Assembly: GCA_002794465.1 (NCBI GenBank)
Contig: MTSL01000041.1
Location: 47,113-79,112, forward strand
Direction: 5' to 3'
DNA from: Paramicrosporidium saccamoebae KSL3
Lineage: Eukaryota > Fungi > Cryptomycota
DNA length: 32,000 nt
Part shown: in pieces, positions 19,738 through 30,017 of the stretch
Numbering within the stretch: the first letter of the stretch is position 1
Layout: the number at the start of each line of letters is the position of its first letter
Notes under the pieces: model-generated
Told to the model about the DNA's origin: nothing
What the model saw: the letters and a program-made list of their open reading frames with translations, nothing else
Database searches by the model: none
Translations under genes and position numbers: made by a program

Positions 19738-20049
19738 ATGCGAATGATACGAGATACTGTGGGATAATATGAGAGAGATAATGCGAATAATACAAGAAGA
19801 TGATTTTCTCCCTCACTTGGTCCATATAAAGATGATGTAGTTGTTAGATTCTTGCACTGTTGCATTGTTGCACCGTTGCATGAATTTCATACTCCCATAC
19901 ACTTATATGCGAATGATACGAATTACTGTGGGATAATATGAGAGAGATAATGCGAGTAATACAAGATGATGATTTTCTTCCTCACTTGGTCCATATAAAG
20001 ATGATATAGCTGTTAGATTCTTGCCCTGTTGCATTACTTTCATACTCCC
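19738..20049. repeat. Direct tandem duplication (about 159 bp and 143 bp copies, period 169) in the MFS/ORC6 divergent spacer
   Basis: ATGCGAATGATACG...GTGGGATAATATGAGAGAGATAATGCGA...CTCACTTGGTCCATATAAAGATGAT...TTCATACTCCC occurs at 19738-19896 and 19907-20049. Confidence 0.92.
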
Positions 20050-20104
20050 CCCCCCCACACACACCTACACGCGCACGATAAACATTTTCTTTACTTTGCT
20101 CTCA

Positions 20105-20818
20105 ATGGAACCGTTGGCCCAGTCATTGGCAATTTCTCCTCAATCCAATGTGTACCTGCACGCTTTGGACCTCTATCATCAGATATCTCCGCAATTAGGC
20201 TCCCAGAAGTATACAACACGCTGCGGAATGGCGGCCTGTCTGCACCTATCTTCCACTCATTTTGGCATCCGTCTCGAAATTCCTCAGGCCGCCCGGATGG
20301 CTGGCGTCCCGCCCAAGACATTGACGGGCTGTCTGGAGATGACGGCGCGATTTCTGGGGGTGGTGACACTGGAGGGTGTTTGTGCGGCTATAGGTTATGT
20401 CGGCTTGGCGGTGGTGGCACAAGAGGTGGTTCGACGAAGCGGCCGGTCAGTGGATCCCGTAGTGGTGGCAGCAGCCGTGTCGCTGGCATGCACAGCTGTC
20501 GGCGTCAGAATGTTGGCCAAAATTTGCGGTGCAGCATACGCAAACCAGCAACATGTCCAACGATGCGCCCTCGAACTTGACAAGGGCAATGTAAAGGAGT
20601 ATCTGCAGAGCGTCTCTCAGGATGAAAAGCTGATAAAGAACATTAAAACAGAGGGGCTCCAAGTGACCAAGAAACGCAGAGTGGACCAAACTGCCACGCC
20701 ACAAAATACCCAAAAAGAAAAGTCTGTGACGACGGAACGGAAAATGACATTTATGCAAACGCATTACAATTATCCTCTAGGGTTTGCCGTATTCGCTACG
20801 GATGCCAGTCAAATATAA
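20105..20818 (+). CDS. ORC6: Origin recognition complex subunit 6-like (TFIIB-fold)
   Basis: AACLHLSSTHFG...QAARMAGVPPKTL resembles the Orc6 helical repeat; C-terminal MTFMQTHYNY resembles the fungal Orc6 TMxQxxxDY motif. First ATG is 20105. Recognised by eye. Confidence 0.55.
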   Translation: MEPLAQSLAISPQSNVYLHALDLYHQISPQLGSQKYTTRCGMAACLHLSSTHFGIRLEIPQAARMAGVPPKTLTGCLEMTARFLGVVTLEGVCAAIGYVGLAVVAQEVVRRSGRSVDPVVVAAAVSLACTAVGVRMLAKICGAAYANQQHVQRCALELDKGNVKEYLQSVSQDEKLIKNIKTEGLQVTKKRRVDQTATPQNTQKEKSVTTERKMTFMQTHYNYPLGFAVFATDASQI

Positions 20819-20880
20819 CTTGTACACTATTTTCTCTCTCTCCACCTCTGTACATTACAACTTGCAACAGCCTTGACAAA

Positions 20881-22583
20881 TTACTTTTTGCTTTGTATCT
20901 TTCTCGTCAGGATCGCAGCAGCCTCTTCTTCTTTCTGCTTCTTCTCCGCTGCAAGGGCTTCTTTTTCTAACAATTCAGCATCTAGAATGGTGGTAGGCTG
21001 CGTTTCTTTATACGCTGGGGTCACAAACTTTGGATCCTTTTCAGCTCGCTCCGCATACCGTAACAGTGCCTCTCGCGGATCCTCATCTCTCCGAGTGTCA
21101 CGAAGCACATTGCGCATAATGGACTGGGTGACCGAAGAGCCCAGTCGACCTCCAGTACCGGGTCCATCGACAGGCATCTCGGGACGACTGGAGGAACGCG
21201 GATCCTTTCTCATTTTGATGCGAATGCGTTTGAGAGAACGGCCTTCAAGCGTCTTGAACAGCGGCAGGGCATTGGGGGTCTGAATGCCGCCCACAGTAAA
21301 GGCCATCATGGACTCTTTCTTCTTGACATTGGATCGAGAGAGGGGCAGAATGGCGCCCTTTTGGCTGAGTTGGGGATCATATAGCATTTGCACATTTCCA
21401 TCCCCGCAGCCAACAATCAGTTGATTAAGCACTGTCGGCCACAACAACGACACTGCGCTACTATCGCCAATACAAACGGGCTCAGTCACTGCTTCCAATG
21501 AGACAGTATCAAAGAATGCCACAGAACCTGAGGATTTTCCCTTTCGAGCCGACACACAAGTGGCAATTAGATTTTGATCGGGACTAAAGACGCAACTAGT
21601 TTCATCATTAGTGTTGGGCAGATCATTGACTACTCCGATCGGCTTGGAGAAGGAGCGCACATCCCATAGTTTCAAAGTGTCATCGGCACCCCGGGATGTA
21701 ATGTATCGTCCCGAAGAATCTATTGCCAGACAAGAAGTTTCGCCGTTGTGAGCATCGCTAACCATAGAGTCTGCATGTAGCCACGGTCCCTTTGTGGAGT
21801 AAATCCTAATGGATCCATCTGCAGTTGCCACACAGAGATTGGTATTATCAGGCATCATGGCGAGGGCAGTGACTCCAGGTGATCTTCCGCCCGTCTTTCC
21901 TTGTGGACGCACCACCAGAACCGTTTCGCAATTCTTTTTTTCTGCATCCCAAAACCTCACAGTCCCATCCAATCCGGCCGTCACAAATCGGTCCTCTCCA
22001 TACCATTTTCCAGCCGTAACTGCACTTACATGGCCCGCCGTCTTCCGCATGTCCCGCAGATACGGATCACCTTTTGCATATTCCATCACCAATGCGCCAT
22101 GTCGATCCAGTAACACGGGAGTCCCACCACCCCCCACCAGCAGCCAGTCAGAGGCGGGTGAAAATTGCAGGAACCGGAGGGGACAGCCCTCGGTAGGCTC
22201 AAGGTAGCGGAAAGGAGAGAGGGTGTGATCCATTCCACCAAAATCCCACAAAGAGAGTGTATAGTCGTGACTACCCACCGCAAGGCGCGCCCCACTCTTG
22301 TCCAGTGACAATGCACTAATAGTCTTCCGGTGCTGTTTGAGGGTGATACTGTGTGTCACTGGCAATTCAATAGAGTATTCCTGCAGCTCTTCAGCCGCTG
22401 GACGTTTAGCTATGGCCGGCGATTCTAGTCGCCGTGTTTCTGCCAGTCGCGATTCTGTTAATCCGTCACTCTCTGGTGCTTCTTTACCAAACCCCCTTGG
22501 TATCAACTTTGCCAATTCGTCATAATCTGTGGAATTTCTATAATCCTATAGGGCGGTTAAAAGAGAACAAGAAATACCTTCAT
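20881..22583 (-). CDS. WDR70: WD40 protein WDR70/GAD-1-like; 6-nt first exon (22578-22583), intron 22546-22577
   Basis: PRGFGK N-terminus, LWDFGGMD, KGDPYLRDMRKTAGHV, SRGADDTLKLWDVRSF, DEDPREALLRYAE and PAYKETQP are typical of WDR70. A 32-nt intron joins ATG-AAG in frame to DYRNSTDYDELAKL. Confidence 0.9.
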
Positions 22584-22610
22584 GTTGGGAAACAGCACTG
22601 ACCAATCATA

Positions 22611-22721
22611 CTGTACAAGACTATCCATATTATACAAACTACCCGTATTGTATATTGTATAAAGCTATCTATTCAAATTGTACAAAACTTTCCATTCATC
22701 CTGGACAAGACTATCTATTTT
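22611..22721. repeat. Degenerate 20-24-bp minisatellite, 5 copies (about YTGTACAARACTATCYATT)
   Basis: CTGTACAAGACTATCCATAT, TTGTATAAAGCTATCTATTC, TTGTACAAAACTTTCCATTC, CTGGACAAGACTATCTATTT; the last copy contains the DHX35 stop codon. Confidence 0.7.
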
Positions 22722-24739
22722 ACACGCTGGAACTCGTAATATTTGGGTGCAATCTCTGCCAGCCACTCCAAATCGACTACTGTGACATCTCGCATCCATA
22801 TCTTACTCGTCTGCAAGACATTTTGGAAGACTACACATTCTGGCACCCTCTTGAATAATACTGAGGATGGGTGAATGTGGAGGACAGTGTTGTCACGGAT
22901 GCTGCGATATGTTCCATCCGCCTGTGCCAAGGCTGCCTGGGCAAACAGACCCGAGGCTATGCATTTCTGCACAGGGATCACAGAGTTGCTCCTTATCATA
23001 GAGAGACCATATCGCTGCATGTATTTTTGGAACAGGGCATGGATTCGGGTTGCCTTTTGGAGGGTCTTGTGACTGAGAAAGTGACGCTGGCACCATTTAC
23101 CATCGTGTTTTTGATACGAGCGGTAAATGTTGATAAGTGTAACCAGATCGCCTTGTTCCACGCCCAACCGACGTTTTGCCTCATCCAGAGCACCGCGCAA
23201 ATGTCCCGACACATTCACAAACACCGGTCCTGCGCTCAACATTGCCGCCAGGATGCACATTTCCGCTCCACAATGATATTCGGCCGATGCAATAAGCATT
23301 CTTCCCAGCGTGGCCTCCACGGGTAGTTCTGACATCACCTCGCCCATCATTGTTAGCTGTGAATTAGAGTCCAGGGCGTGAATTGCATGGAGAAATTCAA
23401 GCGATCGGGCCATAGAATCGGTTGCTGGCTGCGACATGAAATCAAAGGCAAGAATGTTGCCAATCCCAAGTGCTTTTAATTGCAGAATCACATTGGTTGG
23501 ATTGCATTTCTGGATTTCTGGAATGGTGTTTCGCAAAAGACTGTCATACTGATCCTCAGTGTAGAGACGGTATGCCTTTCCGGGACAAAGGCGGCCCGCC
23601 CGACCGGCACGTTGTTGGGCAGAAGCCTGGGAAATAGAGGTCAGAAGTAGGACATCGAGTCCTGTTTGGGGATTGAATATCTTTTGCTTCACCCGTCCAC
23701 TATCCACTACATAGACAATCCCCTCGATTGTCACTGAAGTCTCGGCAATATTAGTGGCAATAATGACCTTGCGAACGCCCTTTCCAGTGGCTTCAAAACA
23801 ACGCATCTGCTGCTCAAGTGGCAGTGCTGCATGCAATGGAAGAGGGAATAGTCTCCTCCGGTCCTTGGACAGTACAGCTCCGGCTCCTCCCTCTAGTAAT
23901 GCAATGCATCTATCAATTTCATCCTTCCCAGGAAGAAAGACGAGAATATCGCCAGAATCTTCGTTCGCATGGATTTTGACTATAGTAGAACTGGCCTCCT
24001 CCACTACATCATGTGTCTCTTCCCGTAGATAAAACACATCCACGGGATGCATTCTTCCCTGGACAGTCAATATAGCCGAATCAGCCAGATGGTTTGAATC
24101 ACGGGTAAAGTACGTCTTAAAGGCCTCGGCATCCATGGTAGCAGAAGATATAATTATGCGTAGATCCTTGCGCTTCTTTATAATCTTTTTAAGCAGTCCC
24201 AACAGCAGATCCGTATACAGGGACCGCTCATGGGCCTCATCGATCATGACTACAGAGTATCGACTGAGCAATGGGTCAAAGAGAGCCTCTCGGAATAACA
24301 TTCCATCCGTCAGATATTTAATTCCAGTCATTGGCGAGCTCTTTTCGTCAAAACGGACACTATAGCCGACCAAACCGCCCACCTCGCAGGACATTTCTTC
24401 GGCAACGCGGGTAGCAACGGAAATGGCGGCTACTCGGCGTGGCTGTGTGCATGCGACCATGCAGGTGGTACTGGTCCAGCCGGCCTCAAACAAATACTGG
24501 GGAAGTTGGGTGGTCTTACCTGAGCCAGTTTGACCCACCACAATGACAACCTGATGATTTTCCACGAGATAAAGGAATTCGTTTCGATGTTTATGCACCG
24601 GCAATTGCCCCTTTGATGGTATCATTGCCGCTAATAACACTGTACTTGCCTCCTCCTCATCCAAAGTTACCTCTTCACCAGGCGCAACTGCACCAGGTTT
24701 CCAAAACTTCATCCTCCGGGGATAAAGATAATCCATCAT
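22715..24739 (-). CDS. DHX35: DEAH-box RNA helicase DHX35-like
   Basis: KFWKPGAVAPG N-terminus typical of DHX35, GQTGSGKTTQLPQYL, DEAHER, SAT, QRAGRAGR, HA2/OB-like C-terminus. Start ATG is 24739 or 24712. Confidence 0.92.
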   Translation of the reverse strand: MMDYLYPRRMKFWKPGAVAPGEEVTLDEEEASTVLLAAMIPSKGQLPVHKHRNEFLYLVENHQVVIVVGQTGSGKTTQLPQYLFEAGWTSTTCMVACTQPRRVAAISVATRVAEEMSCEVGGLVGYSVRFDEKSSPMTGIKYLTDGMLFREALFDPLLSRYSVVMIDEAHERSLYTDLLLGLLKKIIKKRKDLRIIISSATMDAEAFKTYFTRDSNHLADSAILTVQGRMHPVDVFYLREETHDVVEEASSTIVKIHANEDSGDILVFLPGKDEIDRCIALLEGGAGAVLSKDRRRLFPLPLHAALPLEQQMRCFEATGKGVRKVIIATNIAETSVTIEGIVYVVDSGRVKQKIFNPQTGLDVLLLTSISQASAQQRAGRAGRLCPGKAYRLYTEDQYDSLLRNTIPEIQKCNPTNVILQLKALGIGNILAFDFMSQPATDSMARSLEFLHAIHALDSNSQLTMMGEVMSELPVEATLGRMLIASAEYHCGAEMCILAAMLSAGPVFVNVSGHLRGALDEAKRRLGVEQGDLVTLINIYRSYQKHDGKWCQRHFLSHKTLQKATRIHALFQKYMQRYGLSMIRSNSVIPVQKCIASGLFAQAALAQADGTYRSIRDNTVLHIHPSSVLFKRVPECVVFQNVLQTSKIWMRDVTVVDLEWLAEIAPKYYEFQRVK

Positions 24740-24903
24740 TAGTTGTTGTTTAAATTGTTCTGTGGTGAAAGTATCGTCACAGTGTCACAATAAACGGATG
24801 ACAGAGAACCAAAAGTTGGCGTGTACTCACCGACATGGTGTCCAAACGTTGAAAAGTCAATACTCTCATTCCTTGCCTCTTACTCTTATGTTTGGGCAAT
24901 CAC

Positions 24904-24945
24904 CCAGCACCTAGCACCTAGCATCTGGCATCTAGCATCCGGCAT
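24904..24945. repeat. 7-bp repeat CTAGCAY, 6 copies
   Basis: CCAGCAC CTAGCAC CTAGCAT CTGGCAT CTAGCAT CCGGCAT. Confidence 0.75.
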
Positions 24946-25207
24946 TTAGAACTCGGCTAAAATTCCACTACTTCATGTGGCAATGCTATTGGATCACATA
25001 ACGGCGCTCCTTAGACCGTTATAAACGGTAATGCCTCTGATTGGGCTGCAAGTGACCTGTGGAGCTCAAGTCATACTCATTCTATTTTTACCTCGGATCA
25101 TGATTGGTGCATCTTTTGTAACACTGTTTGAGAAGCGGAGCCGTGTTACATAGGCCTCCAACTAGAGCCGCTTGGTCAGACTAGCAGATCCTCAGACGCA
25201 CCAATCC

Positions 25208-26431
25208 ATGTCGACGCCTGCCGCATTTCCTGCCTCTGGCGCGTCCACAGCACCAACGACACCTACTGATAAGAATCCAATGATCACTGAACTGCGAAAC
25301 TTCCTGGGTAATGCTCCCATGACAATGCCCACTGATCACGATCCGGCAGTGCGAAAGTTCAAAATGTCTAATGGAGAGGAGATTAGCTGTGTATTGTACA
25401 ACCGACGATTCTTCATTACAGGCACTGATGTGGTCAAGATTCTCATCTTCCGATTCCAACAGTTGGGACGTGGGATCCTGAATCCGAAAAAGTTTGAAGA
25501 GGGCGTCTTCTCGGATCTACGGAACCTAAAGCCGGGTACCGAGGCAGTGTTGGAAGAGCCACGCAGCGAGTTTCTGGAATTCCTTCACAAACACGGCTGC
25601 ATCCGGACGCAGAAGAAGCAAAAGGTGTTCTTCTGGAACAAGGTACCACACGATGATCTGTTCCGGGAGGCCTTGGAACGCAATTTGAAGCGAGTAACGA
25701 ATGTAGTGAGTTGGGCACAACTGATGAACTCTCCAGATGTGATGAAACAGTATATGATGATGCAGGCGGCAGCTAATGGACAAATGATGATGGGAATGCC
25801 CATGATGCCGAATCAAATGATGCCACCTCAATATATGCAATACCCCATGGTGCATCCCAATATGGTGCCACCAGCTGAAATACCTGTTGAACGGACTCAT
25901 CCGAGACGGACGATTAGTCTGAGCGCAGTAGACTTTACCTCCAAGAATCCACATTCCATGCTCAACGTTGGAACTGCAGGAGGCATGGGAAACATGGGAG
26001 GTATGGGGGATATGGGAAACTTGGGAATGCCGGATATAAGCTCGGCATTATCATCGCCCCTCTTCTCTCCGGATATGGAAGTGGACGAAAATTACTTTGA
26101 TGTCCCTGACACACCCACAGAGAGCAAATTGTCTGCAGAACCCATCACGGCTACCTCATTGACGGTGGCGCCCTCCGATCTCATGCGGAATGACTCCTCA
26201 CTACCCAGCACCGAAGAGAAATTGGACGTAGAGATGCTGAATGAGCTAGAGGCATTGGGTACGCCACCTGAGCTAATCCTGGATCCCACGTTGGGGGCTG
26301 ATCTGACGAGCAGTGATCTGCTGAATGATCTGTGGCCGGGAGAGAAGAGTAGTACTATGAACGCGCCGCTATGGGACGATCTTTCCATGCTCATGCCCAA
26401 CATTGAGCCTAATCTGCGCGGCTCTGAATAG
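25208..26431 (+). CDS. STE12: Ste12-like transcription factor (STE domain, no C2H2 fingers)
   Basis: EISCVLYNRRFFITGTDVVKIL, KKFEEGVFSDLRNLKPG, EFLEFLHKHGCIRTQKKQKVFFW, VPHDDLFREALERNLKR form a canonical STE domain. First ATG is 25208. Confidence 0.95.
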   Translation: MSTPAAFPASGASTAPTTPTDKNPMITELRNFLGNAPMTMPTDHDPAVRKFKMSNGEEISCVLYNRRFFITGTDVVKILIFRFQQLGRGILNPKKFEEGVFSDLRNLKPGTEAVLEEPRSEFLEFLHKHGCIRTQKKQKVFFWNKVPHDDLFREALERNLKRVTNVVSWAQLMNSPDVMKQYMMMQAAANGQMMMGMPMMPNQMMPPQYMQYPMVHPNMVPPAEIPVERTHPRRTISLSAVDFTSKNPHSMLNVGTAGGMGNMGGMGDMGNLGMPDISSALSSPLFSPDMEVDENYFDVPDTPTESKLSAEPITATSLTVAPSDLMRNDSSLPSTEEKLDVEMLNELEALGTPPELILDPTLGADLTSSDLLNDLWPGEKSSTMNAPLWDDLSMLMPNIEPNLRGSE

Positions 26432-26695
26432 GCTGTTAAATAAACTAAGACTGTACTATAGCATGGTGGTCAGGACGATAAATTGTGGAAAGCTATGAAG
26501 GTGGGTATAATAGCATATGATATAGTGGGCTTAATGGCAGACAACGGAACAATCTATGATAGTAATATCTAGCTACTAATCTTACAGCCAGGCCATGACC
26601 ATTTTTACTTAATCGTGCCCACAGCCACACTACACTACATAACAAACCAGGGACCAGGAGATAATATCTCACTGCACCGTGTTACGCGCAATTGA

Positions 26696-28586
26696 ATGTT
26701 GACAGAGGAGGACGGCCATGTGGAGGTGACGGAGAAAGAGCTGGGCGAGGAGGGACGCAGGCTGGGAATTCTACAGGAGAGCCTGCAGCAGACGGCACAG
26801 CTATGCAGCGATATGATCAAGCAGTTGGACGAGTTTGAGACACGTGTGGCGGCATTGGAGCCCACCCTGATGCCTCTCCATCGGAACCTGGGGATCATTT
26901 CACGTGTGCATACCAGTACAGCCTGACGGCGGCTGAATGATAGATGTCGAGGCAACTCTGAATGTGGTCAAGACGCTCGCAGAGAAGAATGACCTGGCAC
27001 GACGAGAAGAGTACATATTGGCCACAGGGTACAAGCACGTTTGGGTTAACATATAGTCCGACATTGGAAAATTTAGACTCATTTTTGGCGTCTATTGAAC
27101 GGGTGCAGAATGGAATTGACGACTTGAACCAGAACAATTTGTCCTTTTGTCGGGTAACAGTCCGACGATTGGTAATGGCTATTCCGTGCTCATTGGCTGT
27201 AGGAGACGGCAAATGGGCTGGCCATTGATGCACTGGCGCAGAGGTACCGGGAGTGGCTTACGTCAGCAAGCGTAGTAATTGATCCCACCCAATTGGAGAC
27301 TGACGAGACGGACATATTGCCTGAACTGGCGGCAGGACTCAAGAAGATTGCCGAATACTCAATCCACTCGGATCTTCGGGCTGACATTATGGGATGTTAT
27401 GGGGAGGTGCGGTCCAACTACATGTTGCAGACACTGCAGATCCTTTTCCGCAATATTGACACCACCATCAAAGGAACATATACGCGGGGAACACATCCCT
27501 TTATTGTGGCAGTACGCGAATTCTTCCGAATGGCGCAGCGTGAGGCGCAATTCGCTGCGCAGGTGCTATCAACAAACTGTGTAGCCGATGCGGTGCGTCG
27601 TGCCATTGCCCATCCCGCAGATTTGGTCAAAATGGGTGCAGAGACCGTCTCCACCAAAGTGCACAAAGCCTCTGCCAAACACGAATTTGTAGACCAAATT
27701 TGGCTTTTTGACGTCATTGAAGTCTTTAATGACATGTACGTCGAGTGTCTTGATGTTGATGTAAAGGAGACGGTGCGACCAGCATTAGTTTCAGTGACAA
27801 CAGCGGGTGTGGATTTCATGAAAGAGCTCATGGATGATGTGCAAGGAACCAGTCGCAGCATTGGCACCTTGACGGCTGCTGCAAATGCCACCGTTTTTGA
27901 GCAGACTAGCGCCGTGCTGAACTGTCTCAAAAAGATGCTCGAATATGAACGCATCATTGAGGCATTATTATCATCCTGGTCACATAAGCAGTGGGATTAC
28001 ATTGTTGGTCCCATTGCCACTGATGCCCAGAACTTTGCCACTGCCCTCTATTACCAAGATTTACTAAAGGGATTGGAGATAGTCATTGAAAAGTACAGTC
28101 ATGGCTATAAGCGTCCCATGGTCAGTGTGCTATTCCAACTCAACAATTACAACCATATTCTGCGTTCCTGTGCTCCCTTGGCCCATATCCTCGTTGATGG
28201 GGAGGGTAAATATGCAGAGATTGTCGATTCTCTGCAGGGTGAATATGTCGGCTATTGGCGGCACACTGCTGCACTTCTCGAGGATGGTTCACAGCGTGCT
28301 GCTGGCAGTCCGCCCAAGGAGCGTCTCAAGCAGTTCTCTGCCGAACTAGAAGAGCACGTCAAAAGTCAGGAGGGGTGTGCCGTTCCCGATGCCGAGTTAC
28401 GCATGACTCTTATTGAAAAGGTTCAACACGAAGTCACTGCCGTCTTTATTCCCTTCTACAATCTGTACCCAATCCCCATACATTTTCATCTGTAGGAACC
28501 AAAGCACCTTTGCTTCTCTCCATTCGCGCGTGAAATTGGATCCCGACATTGTAGAACAAATGGTTAGTCGAATGTTCCAAGCGTAA
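26696..28586 (+). CDS. EXO70: Exocyst subunit Exo70; introns 26916-26943, 27029-27056, 27172-27202, 28465-28495
   Basis: Four 28-31-nt GT-AG introns join the track ORFs in frame. Motifs VFQLNNYNHIL, KERLKQFSAELEE, AVPDAELR; final exon KLDPDIVEQMVSRMFQA-TAA. The third donor could alternatively be 27154. Confidence 0.88.
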
Positions 28587-28667
28587 TAAACTGTCATTAT
28601 CGTTCTATCAATCTAGTGGTATTTAATCTCTAACGTTGATTTCGATTCCGATCGCAGTCATCTTGCT

Positions 28668-29954
28668 TTAATAATCTCTACTATCCCGATTATCTCTGCT
28701 TCGGTAATCTCTGTTATTCCTGTCTCGATGACCATCTTGATAATCTCTGTTATCCCTCCTCTGTTCATCTCTGTAATCTCTTCTCCGTTCGTCTCTGTAA
28801 TCTCTACTCCGATCATCTCTGTTATCCCTCATCTGTTCATCTCTTTTATCCCTCCTCTGTTCATCTCTGTAATCCCTTCTCCGTTCATCTCTGTAATCCC
28901 TTCTCTGTTCATTTCTATAATCACCCTCCCGAACGCCCCCATTGGCCGCACTAACCCCACCACTCCCGCTTTCTCGGCCCTGGAGCCAGTCTTGGTGGAG
29001 TTTGGAGACAGACTGCGAGAAATCTACATGGATCCGACGGTCATCAATGAGCACTTTGTCCATCTTCAGATATGCCTCCTCGCATTCCTCCTTTTCGGAA
29101 AATTCGATAAATGCAAATCCAAGTGATCGGCCGGTTCGGCGATCCTTGATCACATCACATTTTAATATCGTCCCAAATCGTGAAAATATCATCTTGAGAT
29201 CATCTGCCTCGGTGAGCGGGTTGAGTTTGCACACAAAAAGTACATTTTCCGGTGGCTTCAGGTCAGCAGAGTCGCGTTCCCCGATCATTTCCAAAGTAAT
29301 GGCCCGTGCCCTTGCTTCCTCCTTTAGTGCCTGCTGTTCTGTCTTTTCGTTAATTGATATGGGCTCTTCGTCAGCTCGGTAACGACGCTGATCGGCAAAG
29401 ACGCGGGACGGTGGGGGTGAACGATCAATGGGAATAAAACCCTTTGGATCCGGAAATGGATCGTCCAAAATCACAGTGTGCTTGATAAAAATGTCGTGGT
29501 ATGGGCGCAACTTTCCGTCACAATGGACCGCGTTAATTCTATCCAACACATCCATGCCCTCTATAACCTGCCCAAATATGGTGTATTTGTCGTCCAGATA
29601 GTCTAGTGGACGGTCTCCCAACGTCACGTAAAACTGCGAGCCATTCTGGCCTCCCCCAGTATTTACCATTCCCATAACGCCCTTCCCTCTATGTCTCAAC
29701 TGCTTGCAAAATTCATCTCCAAAGTACTTGGGAGCTCTATGGTCGAGGACAGCTTCAACACTCATGCCACCAGTGCCCGTGCCAGTTGGGTCTCCACTCT
29801 GAGCAATAAATCCACGCTCCACCCGGTGAAAGAGACACCAATGGTAATACTTCAACTTGCATAATTTGAGAAAGTTACAACAGGCACGAGGAGCTTTGTC
29901 AATATGGAGTTTGACCACCAAGTCGCCTTCATTGGTTACTACCCGCACTGACAT
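28668..29954 (-). CDS. PPIL4: Cyclophilin-RRM protein PPIL4/Cyp59-like with Arg/Asp-rich tail
   Basis: MSVRVVTNEGDLVV start (ATG 29954), NFLKLCKLKYY, FIAQSGDPTGTG, NGSQFYVTL, RRM NVLFVCKLNPLT...GFAFIEF...IDDRRIHVDFSQS. Confidence 0.95.
   Translation of the reverse strand: MSVRVVTNEGDLVVKLHIDKAPRACCNFLKLCKLKYYHWCLFHRVERGFIAQSGDPTGTGTGGMSVEAVLDHRAPKYFGDEFCKQLRHRGKGVMGMVNTGGGQNGSQFYVTLGDRPLDYLDDKYTIFGQVIEGMDVLDRINAVHCDGKLRPYHDIFIKHTVILDDPFPDPKGFIPIDRSPPPSRVFADQRRYRADEEPISINEKTEQQALKEEARARAITLEMIGERDSADLKPPENVLFVCKLNPLTEADDLKMIFSRFGTILKCDVIKDRRTGRSLGFAFIEFSEKEECEEAYLKMDKVLIDDRRIHVDFSQSVSKLHQDWLQGRESGSGGVSAANGGVREGDYRNEQRRDYRDERRRDYRDEQRRDKRDEQMRDNRDDRSRDYRDERRRDYRDEQRRDNRDYQDGHRDRNNRDYRSRDNRDSRDY
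28690..28920 (-). repeat. Coding 24-bp tandem repeat (RRDYRDEQ units) in the PPIL4 tail
   Basis: About eight 8-aa units: RRDYRDER, RRDYRDEQ, RRDKRDEQ, MRDNRDDR and variants. Confidence 0.85.
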
Positions 29955-30017
29955 CCCCGGAGTAAACTTCAAAGACAACCTCGTGCCATAATGGACTTTG
30001 GGTTATCAAAACTGTTA

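Noticed and set aside
28728-29382. Repetitive plus-strand ORFs (ISVIPPLF repeats)
   Set aside because: Antisense translation of the PPIL4 Arg/Asp repeat and RRM.
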